Source: a virus
Taxonomy: Duplodnaviria > Caudoviricetes
Virus record (IMG/VR): IMGVR_UViG_3300031994_000046
Location: 1 to 64,000 of that record
Length of the DNA: 64,000 nucleotides
Direction: 5' to 3' (one strand)
Below the pieces are notes generated by a model. That model saw nothing but the letters and a program-made list of their open reading frames with translations. It did no database searches and was not told the origin of the DNA. Below are positions 10,579-19,892 of this stretch, piece after piece; positions within the stretch are counted from its first letter, which is position 1; every line of letters starts with the position of its first letter. The position numbers were made by a program, and so were the translations under genes.

Positions 10579-11616
10579 TTAACGCATAGGTGTTACTACA
10601 GCTACACGGCCAGTTGTCAAACCAAACGCTACACCCTTACCTACAGCAGAATTAATCTTACAACCACGATTCTCAAGATATGCCTTTACTGCATCAGCAC
10701 GACGTTGTGAAAGAGCAATGTTGTATTCTGTACCACCTTCATTAGAAGCAAATGCTACAATATCATAAATTCCATTTTCACCAAGTTTATTAAGTTCTTC
10801 CTTAGCACGATTATCAAGTTCTGCACTATCAAATGCAAAGAATACATAAGTATCTGTTACGTTATCAACAGCATCTGTTTGTTGCATATCAGGAGTTTCA
10901 GCTGTAACAATTTTTTCAATTACTTGTGGTTCACGACTCTCACATTCTGTAAGTGCACCATTTAAACGACCAATCTCATCACTCATTGCACCAACATCAT
11001 ATGTCTTAAAATGATGTGTTCCATTACTTGTCTTGAAATGATAAATATATGAAATATTAACTGCAAGTTGTGATCCACGTTTATCAAACTTAATATCACC
11101 AAACTTATTAAGATTCCAATAAACTGCAGGTGTAATTACAATTGAATGAGCCTTCTTCTTTCCAATATTAAAGGTAAGATCTAAACCAGTCTTTGCAGTA
11201 AGAAAATTATTTGATGTATTCCATGAATGCATCCATCCCATACCAGTTACTGTACTAATTTCAAATACACGTGGTGTTCCATTATATCCACCAAAAATAT
11301 TTGATAAATTAAATACTAAATTACCACCAACATTAGTTGCCTTAACAGTAGTATTGATATCACTAAAATGATTATCATTTAAAAATGCAATACCTTCTGC
11401 CTGAATACCAAACACTGGAGTAAAATTCTTACCAATCTTAACACCTACATTAGTATTAAGTGGAAATATAGAATTAAAATCAAGAGGCGTTGAAACACCA
11501 GCAGTAACACCGATATTAATATTATCTAATGCATTACTTTTCTCAGTTGCGATCTGAGCATTCGCTGTAAAGATCATCATAAAAGCGATGACCAATGTTA
11601 AAATAAATTTCTTCAT
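10579..11616 (-). CDS. ompA: Bacteroidales-type OmpA family outer membrane protein
   Basis: Sec signal peptide (ANA|Q); N-terminal beta-barrel strands (NLSNIFGGY..RVFEI, YIYHFKTSNG); C-terminal OmpA PG-binding domain FFAFDSAEL...YNIALSQRRADAVKAYL. Confidence 0.9.
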   Translation of the reverse strand: MKKFILTLVIAFMMIFTANAQIATEKSNALDNINIGVTAGVSTPLDFNSIFPLNTNVGVKIGKNFTPVFGIQAEGIAFLNDNHFSDINTTVKATNVGGNLVFNLSNIFGGYNGTPRVFEISTVTGMGWMHSWNTSNNFLTAKTGLDLTFNIGKKKAHSIVITPAVYWNLNKFGDIKFDKRGSQLAVNISYIYHFKTSNGTHHFKTYDVGAMSDEIGRLNGALTECESREPQVIEKIVTAETPDMQQTDAVDNVTDTYVFFAFDSAELDNRAKEELNKLGENGIYDIVAFASNEGGTEYNIALSQRRADAVKAYLENRGCKINSAVGKGVAFGLTTGRVAVVTPMR

Positions 11617-11672
11617 CTTATATAAATTTAAATTAATATATTTTGATGTTGATATTATATCAACATTAATTA

Positions 11673-11701
11673 TAAATAGTTAAAAAAAATTAATAATTCA
11701 A
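11673..11701 (-). promoter_or_regulatory. Sigma70-like phage promoter (TTGAAT-N17-TATTTA) for ompA
   Basis: Recurring motif. Confidence 0.5.
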
Positions 11702-11708
11702 ATTTAAT

Positions 11709-12350
11709 TTAAGCTTCACCATCATTAAAATGACTTCTATAAATATAAAATTGCTTTAACTGTTTTTTCAATTTATTGTTTTCTGATGTAACAGTCTGCC
11801 ACATATTATGATATTTAGTTAAATTAACTACCTTTTCTCTAAGTTTTTTATTTACTTGTTTTGAAATGTTTGCTTCATGAACAACATTATCATAATTCTT
11901 TTTAATCTTATTTAATTCATCAATTTTCTTTTTATATTCAAGTGCTTTATTTTCTTTAAGAGTAATTTCTTTTTTAAGTTTATCTATCTTTTCTTCATAA
12001 TCTCTCTTATTAACCATTGAATTTGTTGCCATGTTCATAAGAACAATCTTAATAGTAAATTCAAGATTCTCAATCCATTGTTTTACTTTTCCAATATTGT
12101 CATATATTACCATATTCCGATAATATATACAAACATATTTGAATGTATTTTTTTCTGATTGAATAATGATATCAATACGATCAATATCACCTTTTAATGC
12201 AATATGATCTGAAATTCGAACTTGACGTATTGCATTAAGACTACAATATATTGAACCACCTGGGCATTCCTTTTGAAGTTTACCACCAAGTGATTCAATA
12301 TGCTTTATGATTATTCTTGCTTGTTCTCTTGCTTTACCAGTTAGTTTCAT
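11709..12350 (-). CDS. Hypothetical protein with SIY..VRISDH motif and C-terminal coiled coil
   Basis: 213 aa; GSIYCSL..VRISDH; K/E-rich heptads in C-terminal half. Confidence 0.7.
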   Translation of the reverse strand: MKLTGKAREQARIIIKHIESLGGKLQKECPGGSIYCSLNAIRQVRISDHIALKGDIDRIDIIIQSEKNTFKYVCIYYRNMVIYDNIGKVKQWIENLEFTIKIVLMNMATNSMVNKRDYEEKIDKLKKEITLKENKALEYKKKIDELNKIKKNYDNVVHEANISKQVNKKLREKVVNLTKYHNMWQTVTSENNKLKKQLKQFYIYRSHFNDGEA

Positions 12351-12352
12351 AA

Positions 12353-12751
12353 TTAACTTAATGCAGCTTCAAGAGTATGACACGTCTGTGATGGCATCCA
12401 ACTAAACATAATAAGATTAAATCCAAAATCTTTTGCTCTATCAATCAGAACACTAGTAATATTGTCTCTTATTTCTCTTTCAGCTTTATGTGTTTTTACT
12501 AAATCAATCCACTTATCTCGTTCTTTATTGAACTCATCTTTAACATCTTTTACAAAATACTTCATTTTATTTTCAGCAACAATTTCTCTTATTGTGCCTT
12601 CAATAATAGAATTAAAATGTAAAGATTTCATTTTCATATTACGAGCAAATATACTTCTTTCAACAACACAAGTATATTTAATTGAATATGAAAGCATCTG
12701 CTCATCATAACAAGTTACCAAACCTGAAAATGTCTTATTTATCTTTATCAT
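12353..12751 (-). CDS. Hypothetical protein
   Basis: 132 aa, operon-packed. Confidence 0.65.
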   Translation of the reverse strand: MIKINKTFSGLVTCYDEQMLSYSIKYTCVVERSIFARNMKMKSLHFNSIIEGTIREIVAENKMKYFVKDVKDEFNKERDKWIDLVKTHKAEREIRDNITSVLIDRAKDFGFNLIMFSWMPSQTCHTLEAALS

Positions 12752-12754
12752 ATA

Positions 12755-13186
12755 TTATCTTTTTCTAAATTCATCAAAACAACCGTGATTCCAAAATGTC
12801 AGTTCACAATCAACCCATTTATTTGTCATATAATCTTTATAACCTCTATCAATAGAAGTACAGATATCATCATGAGGATATTCAATCAAAATCATCTGGC
12901 CTTCTTTATTATATAAAGGACAAAAATCAATTATATAATTAGGCATATTAAATTCACCATCTTCCTGCTTATGATATGTCATACACAAGAAACAATACCC
13001 AGGATATTCTTTACAACGAATCAACCCACAAATACCACCAAATGTTTCAAGTTTATCTGAAGAATTATAAAGATTTGATGTTTTATAATAAGCCATGTCT
13101 AGATCTTTGATATAGCATCTTGTATACTCATCATCCTTTGAAATTAATTCAAGTTTATATTTTGCTACATTATTCATAAGCTTCAA
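12755..13186 (-). CDS. Hypothetical protein
   Basis: 143 aa, operon-packed, Cys-rich. Confidence 0.65.
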   Translation of the reverse strand: MKLMNNVAKYKLELISKDDEYTRCYIKDLDMAYYKTSNLYNSSDKLETFGGICGLIRCKEYPGYCFLCMTYHKQEDGEFNMPNYIIDFCPLYNKEGQMILIEYPHDDICTSIDRGYKDYMTNKWVDCELTFWNHGCFDEFRKR

Positions 13187-13493
13187 TCATATCGTTTTTA
13201 AACATATATGCAAGTACATTGCTGAAATTAGTACGAGACATTTCAAAAGTTTCATAATTGCCATTTTCAAGAATACGATAAACCATTTTACCTTTCTTTA
13301 CATATTCATTGAAATAACATGGTAGATTATCAGGTGTATATTCTCGTGTATTAATATAATCTTCTACAACTTTATATTCTTGCTCTTCAACATCCTTTGG
13401 ACGCCAACGATTAGTCTTTTTATTCAACATTAAAAGAACAACACCACCAGATCTAAACGGAAATTCTTTAATCCATTTCATATTATTAATCAT
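13170..13493 (-). CDS. Hypothetical protein
   Basis: 107 aa, operon-packed. Confidence 0.65.
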   Translation of the reverse strand: MINNMKWIKEFPFRSGGVVLLMLNKKTNRWRPKDVEEQEYKVVEDYINTREYTPDNLPCYFNEYVKKGKMVYRILENGNYETFEMSRTNFSNVLAYMFKNDMIEAYE

Positions 13494-13524
13494 TTACATC
13501 ATTAATGTTTCATTGTGTATATTA

Positions 13525-13806
13525 TTAGTCCTCAGTATGATAATATGTATAACTAACAATCATCTCAGGATCTTTACGCTCGTTATTAACGATACATTCT
13601 CTAATCTGAACTTTATCAAAGCCATTGTAAATAACCTCATCAGAATCAACAAAATTATCTGCTTCTTGGTCAAATACTGTATAATGCTTATTCAAATTTT
13701 CTTCCATCCACTTCTTCATCCACTTCTTAGCACCTTTGAAAGTAAAAGTGCGATTAAGAACTTGACCTTTGAATGAAATCTCCCAGAATGTAAATTTAAT
13801 CTTCAT
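13525..13806 (-). CDS. Hypothetical protein
   Basis: 93 aa, follows a promoter-like motif at 13834-13861. Confidence 0.65.
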   Translation of the reverse strand: MKIKFTFWEISFKGQVLNRTFTFKGAKKWMKKWMEENLNKHYTVFDQEADNFVDSDEVIYNGFDKVQIRECIVNNERKDPEMIVSYTYYHTED

Positions 13807-13877
13807 TGTTTATTTTATTTTGATTATAATATTAATATAGTAAAGAAAATAAAAAATTTAAATATAATTTAGATTTT

Positions 13878-14285
13878 TTACAACCAATTATATTTGTTTA
13901 CTGTATTTTTATCTTCACAGTCATTATATTTATTTTCCCAGTCCTTTTCGTATTTTGAATCCTTATAGTCTTCTTCATTCATGAATACATATTGTCTCAT
14001 CTGATTTGTTCTGCACATATATCCACTTAACTGAAAACCTTCCTCAAAAGTACGAAGCATTTGTTTTAATGTAAATACTGGCTTATCATTTTTAACAATA
14101 TCATTATAATAATCAGGAAACATTTTCTGTATATCATCCAATGAAGCATTAAGAAACTTATTATACTCATCTGCTTCTAACGGGTTTCCAATTTTTCTAT
14201 TATTCTGAGCAATCTTCAAAATTGCCCATTTAATATAATGGTCAAAATGATTATTAACATAACTAGCTGATGAATAATGTTTCAT
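13878..14285 (-). CDS. Hypothetical protein (likely start MKHYSS at 14285)
   Basis: ATG at 14285 lies just after the upstream stop codon. Confidence 0.65.
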   Translation of the reverse strand: MKHYSSASYVNNHFDHYIKWAILKIAQNNRKIGNPLEADEYNKFLNASLDDIQKMFPDYYNDIVKNDKPVFTLKQMLRTFEEGFQLSGYMCRTNQMRQYVFMNEEDYKDSKYEKDWENKYNDCEDKNTVNKYNWL

Positions 14286-14293
14286 ATTATTAT

Positions 14294-14728
14294 TTAGTTT
14301 TTGAAATACCAATCTGCTAACTCAAATGCATCATTCTCATCTTTTGAAGACCATTCAATAAATTCACTGTTATAGTCTTTTCCATGATGTTCTGAAATAT
14401 CTTCAAATATTTCTCCAGTTTCAAGATTCTTAATTGTAAGAACGATAATTTTCTGGCCACCATCATCAGAAGTAACAGCAAGAAATAAAGCAGTATCTTT
14501 GAAATCATCTTTAGAAACTTCAACAGGATCATAAGTATACACATTACCGTTTTCATCAATATCATCAGGATCTACTGAACGGAATATATATTTCTTATCA
14601 ACAACTTCATATTTTGGTGTTGCAATATCTTTTACAAAATTATAAAAAACATCTCCAACATTCAAATCATAATATGAATCTTCAATGTTTCTTAAACGAA
14701 TTGTCTTGCCTGTACGAAATTCTTTCAT
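14294..14728 (-). CDS. Hypothetical protein
   Basis: 144 aa, first gene after a promoter motif. Confidence 0.7.
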   Translation of the reverse strand: MKEFRTGKTIRLRNIEDSYYDLNVGDVFYNFVKDIATPKYEVVDKKYIFRSVDPDDIDENGNVYTYDPVEVSKDDFKDTALFLAVTSDDGGQKIIVLTIKNLETGEIFEDISEHHGKDYNSEFIEWSSKDENDAFELADWYFKN

Positions 14729-14751
14729 ATTTTTATTATTTGATTAATTTA

Positions 14752-14779
14752 AAAATAGAATATTATTTAAAAAATTCAA
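14752..14779 (-). promoter_or_regulatory. Sigma70-like phage promoter (TTGAAT-N16-TATTTT)
   Basis: Recurring motif. Confidence 0.55.
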
Positions 14780-14844
14780 ATTTAATAGTATATTTGTTTG
14801 ATTAATTAATTTATTTTTAAATATAAATTTATTATTTATTTTAT

Positions 14845-15864
14845 ATGAAATCTTTTAATAGATATATAAGAGAACAACAGACATTAAATATTAATGATTT
14901 AATTTTAGAAGGTAGAATTAAGAACATGAGTGACACTGAATGGCTTAATTATCAATATGGTAGTGGAGATAGATATGGAGTTTATATTCAATCATTATTT
15001 GATAAAGTCCAAACACATGCTCTTTATGGAATATCAAGAGATGATGTTGAAGATTGGAAAGAAAGACTTAGTAAGAATAAAGGTATAAGTAGATTTAGAA
15101 AAGTAAATGCAACTAGTAAATATTATGCTATTCTTTGTTTTAAATATGATAGATCTAAAGATAAATCATATCAAGAAGCAGTAGATGGTGAAGCTGAACA
15201 AGAACGTAAAGAAGCGGAACAGTTTGATGCTGATGTAAAATCTGCAGATACATCTAAATATACTACTGATGATAAGCATATTGCTAAAATGAAAGCTTAT
15301 TTTAATAAACATTCAGATCCAGAAAGATTAGTTAAATCAATTAAAGATGATAAGAAACTTGTTGCACGATGGATAGCAGCTATTAAGATAAACTGGCCTG
15401 AAGCAGTGTCAGTATTTGGTTATGAAATTGAACATAAGAAACTTTTAACTAAAGCTGAAATTGTTGCATATAGTGAAAAATATAAAGCTGATGATGAAAA
15501 GGTTGATGATTCTGATATGAAAAGATTAGATAAAGATACAAAGAAAATAGCTGAAAGCTGGATTACTAAATCATTATATAAATATTTTGAATCATTAAAA
15601 GATTATACTATTGAATGGAAAGAAGCATTTAAAAATGCTAAAACTCAAGAAGGTAAAGAAGTTATGAGAAGAAACGGTAGAGCATGGACTGAAGGATTTA
15701 TTGTAACAGTTACTAAAGGTGAAAAATCTATAGATGTTACATTTGATGTAGTAACAAATGAAGGTGGAGGTCTTTATGGATATGTATTACAATATGGAAT
15801 AGTTAATTTAAAAGAGTTTAAAACTCAATTTAGCTCATTGCTTAAAAAGAAATTATATGATTAA
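14845..15864 (+). CDS. Putative internal head protein (capsid-targeting-type N-terminus)
   Basis: MKSFNRYIRE|QQ..DLILE|G; TTATTTTTA motif at 14811. Confidence 0.7.
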   Translation: MKSFNRYIREQQTLNINDLILEGRIKNMSDTEWLNYQYGSGDRYGVYIQSLFDKVQTHALYGISRDDVEDWKERLSKNKGISRFRKVNATSKYYAILCFKYDRSKDKSYQEAVDGEAEQERKEAEQFDADVKSADTSKYTTDDKHIAKMKAYFNKHSDPERLVKSIKDDKKLVARWIAAIKINWPEAVSVFGYEIEHKKLLTKAEIVAYSEKYKADDEKVDDSDMKRLDKDTKKIAESWITKSLYKYFESLKDYTIEWKEAFKNAKTQEGKEVMRRNGRAWTEGFIVTVTKGEKSIDVTFDVVTNEGGGLYGYVLQYGIVNLKEFKTQFSSLLKKKLYD

Positions 15865-15902
15865 TTTATAGTAAAACATAAAAAAATTTAAATATTAAAA
15901 AT

Positions 15903-16376
15903 ATGAAAAATATTAAAGATTTTATAATTACCGAAGGTAAATATGGACCTACTGGTAAAGAAGCAATTAAAATAATGAATTCAGAAGAATACAAAAAATA
16001 TCAAAGCATTTGTGATAAATATTTTAAACTTGCTAAAGAAAACGGTATAAAAGGTATTAGTGATTATTATGATACTATAGAAGTATGTTTACCACAAGTT
16101 AACGATGGTTTTACAAGAAGATTGTGCAGACATTTAGAATATGATGATAAATTTATTTGTATTCCAGGAAGCATTATTTATTATGTAATTAATAGAGATG
16201 AAGCATTTTCATTTTCAGTAACTTACGGTGGGCATGGACCTTCTACATATGTTTCTGGTGAACATATGGGTGGTATAAATGCTTTTAGTAGTAAAAAGGC
16301 AAATTGGGTAGCAAATTTAATAAAAGAATTGAATCCAGATACAAAATATACTGCTGAAGATTTTGAATCAGATTAA
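15903..16376 (+). CDS. Putative internal head protein (capsid-targeting-type N-terminus)
   Basis: MKNIKDFIITE|GK. Confidence 0.7.
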   Translation: MKNIKDFIITEGKYGPTGKEAIKIMNSEEYKKYQSICDKYFKLAKENGIKGISDYYDTIEVCLPQVNDGFTRRLCRHLEYDDKFICIPGSIIYYVINRDEAFSFSVTYGGHGPSTYVSGEHMGGINAFSSKKANWVANLIKELNPDTKYTAEDFESD

Positions 16377-16379
16377 AAC

Positions 16380-16409
16380 AAAAAGGAACTCAATATTGAG
16401 TTCCTTTTT
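16380..16409. terminator. Bidirectional intrinsic terminator
   Basis: Perfect palindrome aaaaaggaactcaat|attgagttccttttt between convergent genes. Confidence 0.85.
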
Positions 16410-16744
16410 TATTTCATATATAATACTTCTTTACTGTATGTTTCTGCAGTGAATTTCTCTACCTTACATCCTTTAGAATTTTCCCATCCAGGACACATAA
16501 GTATTGCATCACACAATATAACTTGTTCAATATCTCTACCCATATAATATGCAGTACGTTCAATTTTTGTATGAGTTTCTAAATCTTCTTCAGATATATG
16601 ATTACCATCAATTGGTGAAACAGCTTCATATCCAAGATCTATTGCATATTTACATGCTTCGTTATTTCTTTCATACACTGTATCTTCTTGACTTGCAATA
16701 GGTAGACTAATATAAATTTTCTTTAAAGTCTTTTTTCTTCCCAT
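16409..16744 (-). CDS. DUF4406 family (nucleoside 2-deoxyribosyltransferase-like fold)
   Basis: KIYISLPI...SP...YMGRDIEQVILCDAILMCPGWENSKGCKVE. Confidence 0.8.
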   Translation of the reverse strand: MGRKKTLKKIYISLPIASQEDTVYERNNEACKYAIDLGYEAVSPIDGNHISEEDLETHTKIERTAYYMGRDIEQVILCDAILMCPGWENSKGCKVEKFTAETYSKEVLYMK

Positions 16745-16749
16745 AATAT

Positions 16750-17511
16750 TTAATGTTTAATATCTGTACTTCCGAAACCAGAATCTCCTCTTTGAGAATT
16801 TTCCATTATCTTATTATATTCATCTTCTTGAGAATTTTCATAAACAGTATGAATAATTGGAATAAGCATCATTTGAACTAACTTATCTCCACAATAAACA
16901 ATATTCTGTCCTTCAACAAATAAATCTTTTGTATAAGATTGAGAAAGATGAACATATCCTGCATAATCCTCATCAACTAAACATGCACGAACATCCCATC
17001 CTCTATTTCCACATCCTGACTTATTTACATATAATCCTGCAATACCAAAACCTAATAGTTCTAGCATCTTACGTAAATTTTCAGTATTAGGTCCTTTGTC
17101 ATTCCATGCAGTTGGTAATGCTACTTTAATACCTGAATTAATAAATAATGTATCATTAAGTTTTAAAGAAACTCCAACTACATTTTTAGTTTTATCATAA
17201 ACTACAAAATTATTTATGAAATAAATTATAGCATGTTGAATTGATCCTGTTTTTGCTGATTCCAAATATTTATCATAAGTTGCTAAAAATAAATGAGTTA
17301 AATTAGCAGCTTGTTCTTTAACTTCATATTGCTTAATAAATTCTTGATAAATTGTATTAATCTGTTCAGTTGATTTATCGTAAGATTTTTCAAATGCCTT
17401 AAGTGCTAAATTGATCTGTTCTTTAGTTTTTAAATTAGGAATATAATAATCAGATCCTGCTGATGTAAATGAATTTGTTGGTGTTATTCCAAATGCATTA
17501 TAAATTTTCAT
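16750..17511 (-). CDS. dut: Trimeric dUTPase with large insertion
   Basis: SAGSDY (motif 1), KSG (2), LVDEDYAG (3), GDKLVQ (4), RGDSGFGST (5). Confidence 0.9.
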   Translation of the reverse strand: MKIYNAFGITPTNSFTSAGSDYYIPNLKTKEQINLALKAFEKSYDKSTEQINTIYQEFIKQYEVKEQAANLTHLFLATYDKYLESAKTGSIQHAIIYFINNFVVYDKTKNVVGVSLKLNDTLFINSGIKVALPTAWNDKGPNTENLRKMLELLGFGIAGLYVNKSGCGNRGWDVRACLVDEDYAGYVHLSQSYTKDLFVEGQNIVYCGDKLVQMMLIPIIHTVYENSQEDEYNKIMENSQRGDSGFGSTDIKH

Positions 17512-17542
17512 TAACTATTTAATATCATATATTTATAAAAAC

Positions 17543-17589
17543 AAAATAGTTTACATATTGATTCTTTTCAATAATATGTAAACTATTTT
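17543..17589 (-). promoter_or_regulatory. Promoter (TTGAAA-N17-TATTTT) embedded in a 17-bp inverted repeat/terminator
   Basis: aaaatagtttacatatt (17543-17559) / aatatgtaaactatttt (17573-17589). Confidence 0.6.
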
Positions 17590-17608
17590 TACAAGAACTA
17601 ACTATAAT

Positions 17609-18097
17609 TTAACGATTGTAGTTCTTAGGATTTTTTCCTTCTGCCAAGATTTCTTGACGTGTCTTAATAAATTCAAGATTCATATTTACAAGATAATTCT
17701 CAACAATATTTTTAAATCTACGGTATGTAAACTTACCTTGAATTTCAATAACCATAATAGGACTTTCCATTGCATTAATCATTGCAATTTCATATCCTAA
17801 TTGCTTATTTATTTTTGTATCACAAGGATGCTGCTTAGACATTCCAACAAATAATACATATTTATTATTTTTGTTTGTCTTAATTGGACCCTTTTCTCTT
17901 GGCCAATAACCTTCTCCTTCAATACCTACTTTATATAAGTTACCAACAAATGCTACAGCCTGCAATGTTCCGTACTTATCATATTTTCTACCATTAATAC
18001 TTACCTCCGTACATACATCCCTATTCTGGGTTGCTGTTGTATATTCGAAAGTGTTAATTAACTCTTTAAAACCAAAATTATTTGTATTAAATTCCAT
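17609..18097 (-). CDS. Hypothetical protein
   Basis: 162 aa; SKQHPCD...LGYEIA motif loosely resembles that of 46594-47073. Confidence 0.7.
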   Translation of the reverse strand: MEFNTNNFGFKELINTFEYTTATQNRDVCTEVSINGRKYDKYGTLQAVAFVGNLYKVGIEGEGYWPREKGPIKTNKNNKYVLFVGMSKQHPCDTKINKQLGYEIAMINAMESPIMVIEIQGKFTYRRFKNIVENYLVNMNLEFIKTRQEILAEGKNPKNYNR

Positions 18098-18142
18098 TTT
18101 TAAATTTTTTAGAGGTTATTATACTACAATTAATATAATGTT

Positions 18143-18171
18143 AAAATAGTTTAAAATATTTATATGTTCAA
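18143..18171 (-). promoter_or_regulatory. Sigma70-like phage promoter (TTGAAC-N17-TATTTT)
   Basis: Recurring motif. Confidence 0.5.
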
Positions 18172-18175
18172 TAAA

Positions 18176-18655
18176 TTAATAAAAAGTTTTTACATTTTTA
18201 TAATATCTTTCTTTACATAAACTAATATCGTCATTCGCTACAGGATCTTGTGCAACATACTTATATTCAAAACTATTTTTAACAGTTTTCATATCATATT
18301 GTTGTTCTTCAGTTGATGTTTCTATTTCATCATCAAAATATGTACACAAGAATTTTGATAAACCATCACTCCAAACAGTAAGATCAAATGATTCTACATA
18401 AAATTTATCTTCTAAATCTAAAAGTGTATCTTCATCTTTCATTGGAAGTGTATCAAATAAAAATGTGCATAAAGCATCAATAGAAACAAATGCAAAATAA
18501 CTATTCTTATAATATGGAACACAATGATTCCATGGCTTCATATTCTTAAAAAGCTCATTAATATAAATTTCACCAGGTGATTCATTATATGGATTTGGTA
18601 ATCCAAACACTAATTCACCATTATACTCTTTATGTTTTAATTTATAAACTTTCAT
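18176..18655 (-). CDS. Hypothetical protein
   Basis: 159 aa ORF. Confidence 0.7.
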   Translation of the reverse strand: MKVYKLKHKEYNGELVFGLPNPYNESPGEIYINELFKNMKPWNHCVPYYKNSYFAFVSIDALCTFLFDTLPMKDEDTLLDLEDKFYVESFDLTVWSDGLSKFLCTYFDDEIETSTEEQQYDMKTVKNSFEYKYVAQDPVANDDISLCKERYYKNVKTFY

Positions 18656-19046
18656 TATCTTCGTTTTTATTATTTTCTATAACTGGTATACACTTTGTCC
18701 AAAAACCAAATAAATCTAATTGATCTTCAAATGTTAATTTAGATACATCATAAACATCGTTTATTGAATGAATCTTAACTATTTCGCCATCACAATCAAA
18801 AATATAGTAAAAAGCAACACCATTTTTAAATTCAGAATCATATTCAACTTTAACAAATTTACCACATTTCATTGGCATTGTATGCATAACTGAATATTGA
18901 ACATACTTAACATTAGGATCTGGGAATCTGTATAAATCTCCTTCCTTTGGGCCAGGTCGGTTATTTATATCTTCCCAAAGATCTATTAAATATGGACTTC
19001 TTATGCTGACAAAATGATAAAATTCTTTATAGTCTTTAACTTTCAT
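18642..19046 (-). CDS. Hypothetical protein
   Basis: 134 aa ORF after a promoter motif. Confidence 0.7.
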   Translation of the reverse strand: MKVKDYKEFYHFVSIRSPYLIDLWEDINNRPGPKEGDLYRFPDPNVKYVQYSVMHTMPMKCGKFVKVEYDSEFKNGVAFYYIFDCDGEIVKIHSINDVYDVSKLTFEDQLDLFGFWTKCIPVIENNKNEDNESL

Positions 19047-19076
19047 AATTAATTAAATTTAATGATTAGATAAATA

Positions 19077-19105
19077 AATATAGATCACTAAAAAAAATAT
19101 TACAA
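19077..19105 (-). promoter_or_regulatory. Sigma70-like phage promoter (TTGTAA-N17-TATATT)
   Basis: Recurring motif. Confidence 0.5.
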
Positions 19106-19107
19106 AC

Positions 19108-19136
19108 AAAGGGTAGTTTTATTAAAACTACCCTTT
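19108..19136 (-). terminator. Intrinsic terminator ending the tagged-gene array
   Basis: aaagggtagtttt-att-aaaactacccttt. Confidence 0.8.
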
Positions 19137-19158
19137 ATTCTATAAATTATATTAAATT

Positions 19159-19356
19159 TTATTTTTCAATATTTGATTTTGGTTCTTTCTTATATGTTGC
19201 TTTATTATCTGCGCATTCTTTATTCAATTTTTCAACCTCTGCTTTAGCATCATCTTCAGAATCAAAATAATTTGTCATAGTACCGTCACCCATATAAACA
19301 ACAAATACTTGATTTTCATTTTCTTTTTCTAAAACAAATTCTTCTAATGATTTCAT
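19159..19356 (-). CDS. Putative internal head protein (65 aa)
   Basis: MKSLEEFVLE|K, closest match to T4 MKTYQEFIAE. Confidence 0.7.
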   Translation of the reverse strand: MKSLEEFVLEKENENQVFVVYMGDGTMTNYFDSEDDAKAEVEKLNKECADNKATYKKEPKSNIEK

Positions 19357-19394
19357 ATATGTCGTTCTATATATTTATCTTTAAGATTTTTCAT
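19353..19394 (-). other. Tag-only mini-ORF MKNLKDKYIERHI (13 aa)
   Basis: ATG at 19394; TGA overlaps the next ATG (ATGA coupling). Confidence 0.55.
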
Positions 19395-19396
19395 AT

Positions 19397-19874
19397 TTAT
19401 TTTTTTACTAATCTGTTTCCATTAATTTTAAGATCCTTACCTTCAACAAATTCAATATTTATAACTTTAAGATCACTTGAATTTACAACATATTCACAAA
19501 GAACAAATATTAATTCGTCTTTATGTTCAGCCTGTGCTTTAGTTAATTTAGTATTAGAATATTTCTTTCCCTTTTCAAATGATTTAATTTCAAATTTATC
19601 ACCCTTCATAGCGAAATCATACCAAGTTTCACCATCTTCAAATGTATTAACCAATTCTTTATGATCAGGTGTATCTTCAAACCCATATTTTTGAATGTAA
19701 TATTTAACAGCAGATTCAATAATATATCCTGCACATTTTCTTAATGCTGTACCAGTAAGTATTTCAGTTAATATCATTATCTTTTAAAGATGATAATAAT
19801 CCTTCTGAGTATCTATTGTAATCTTCATTTGAATGATTTTTACTTTCATTAATTATATCTGTTATGTTTTTCAT
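19397..19874 (-). pseudogene. Frameshift-split tagged PD-(D/E)xK-like protein (paralogue of 22059-22511)
   Basis: 5' ORF 19764-19874 MKNITDIINE|SK...KDNDIN*, 3' ORF 19397-19777 ..TEILTGTALRKCAGYIIE..WYDF..KFEIKSF; one extra A in ATTAACTG separates the frames. Confidence 0.75.
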
Positions 19875-19892
19875 AATTTTATTTAATATTTT

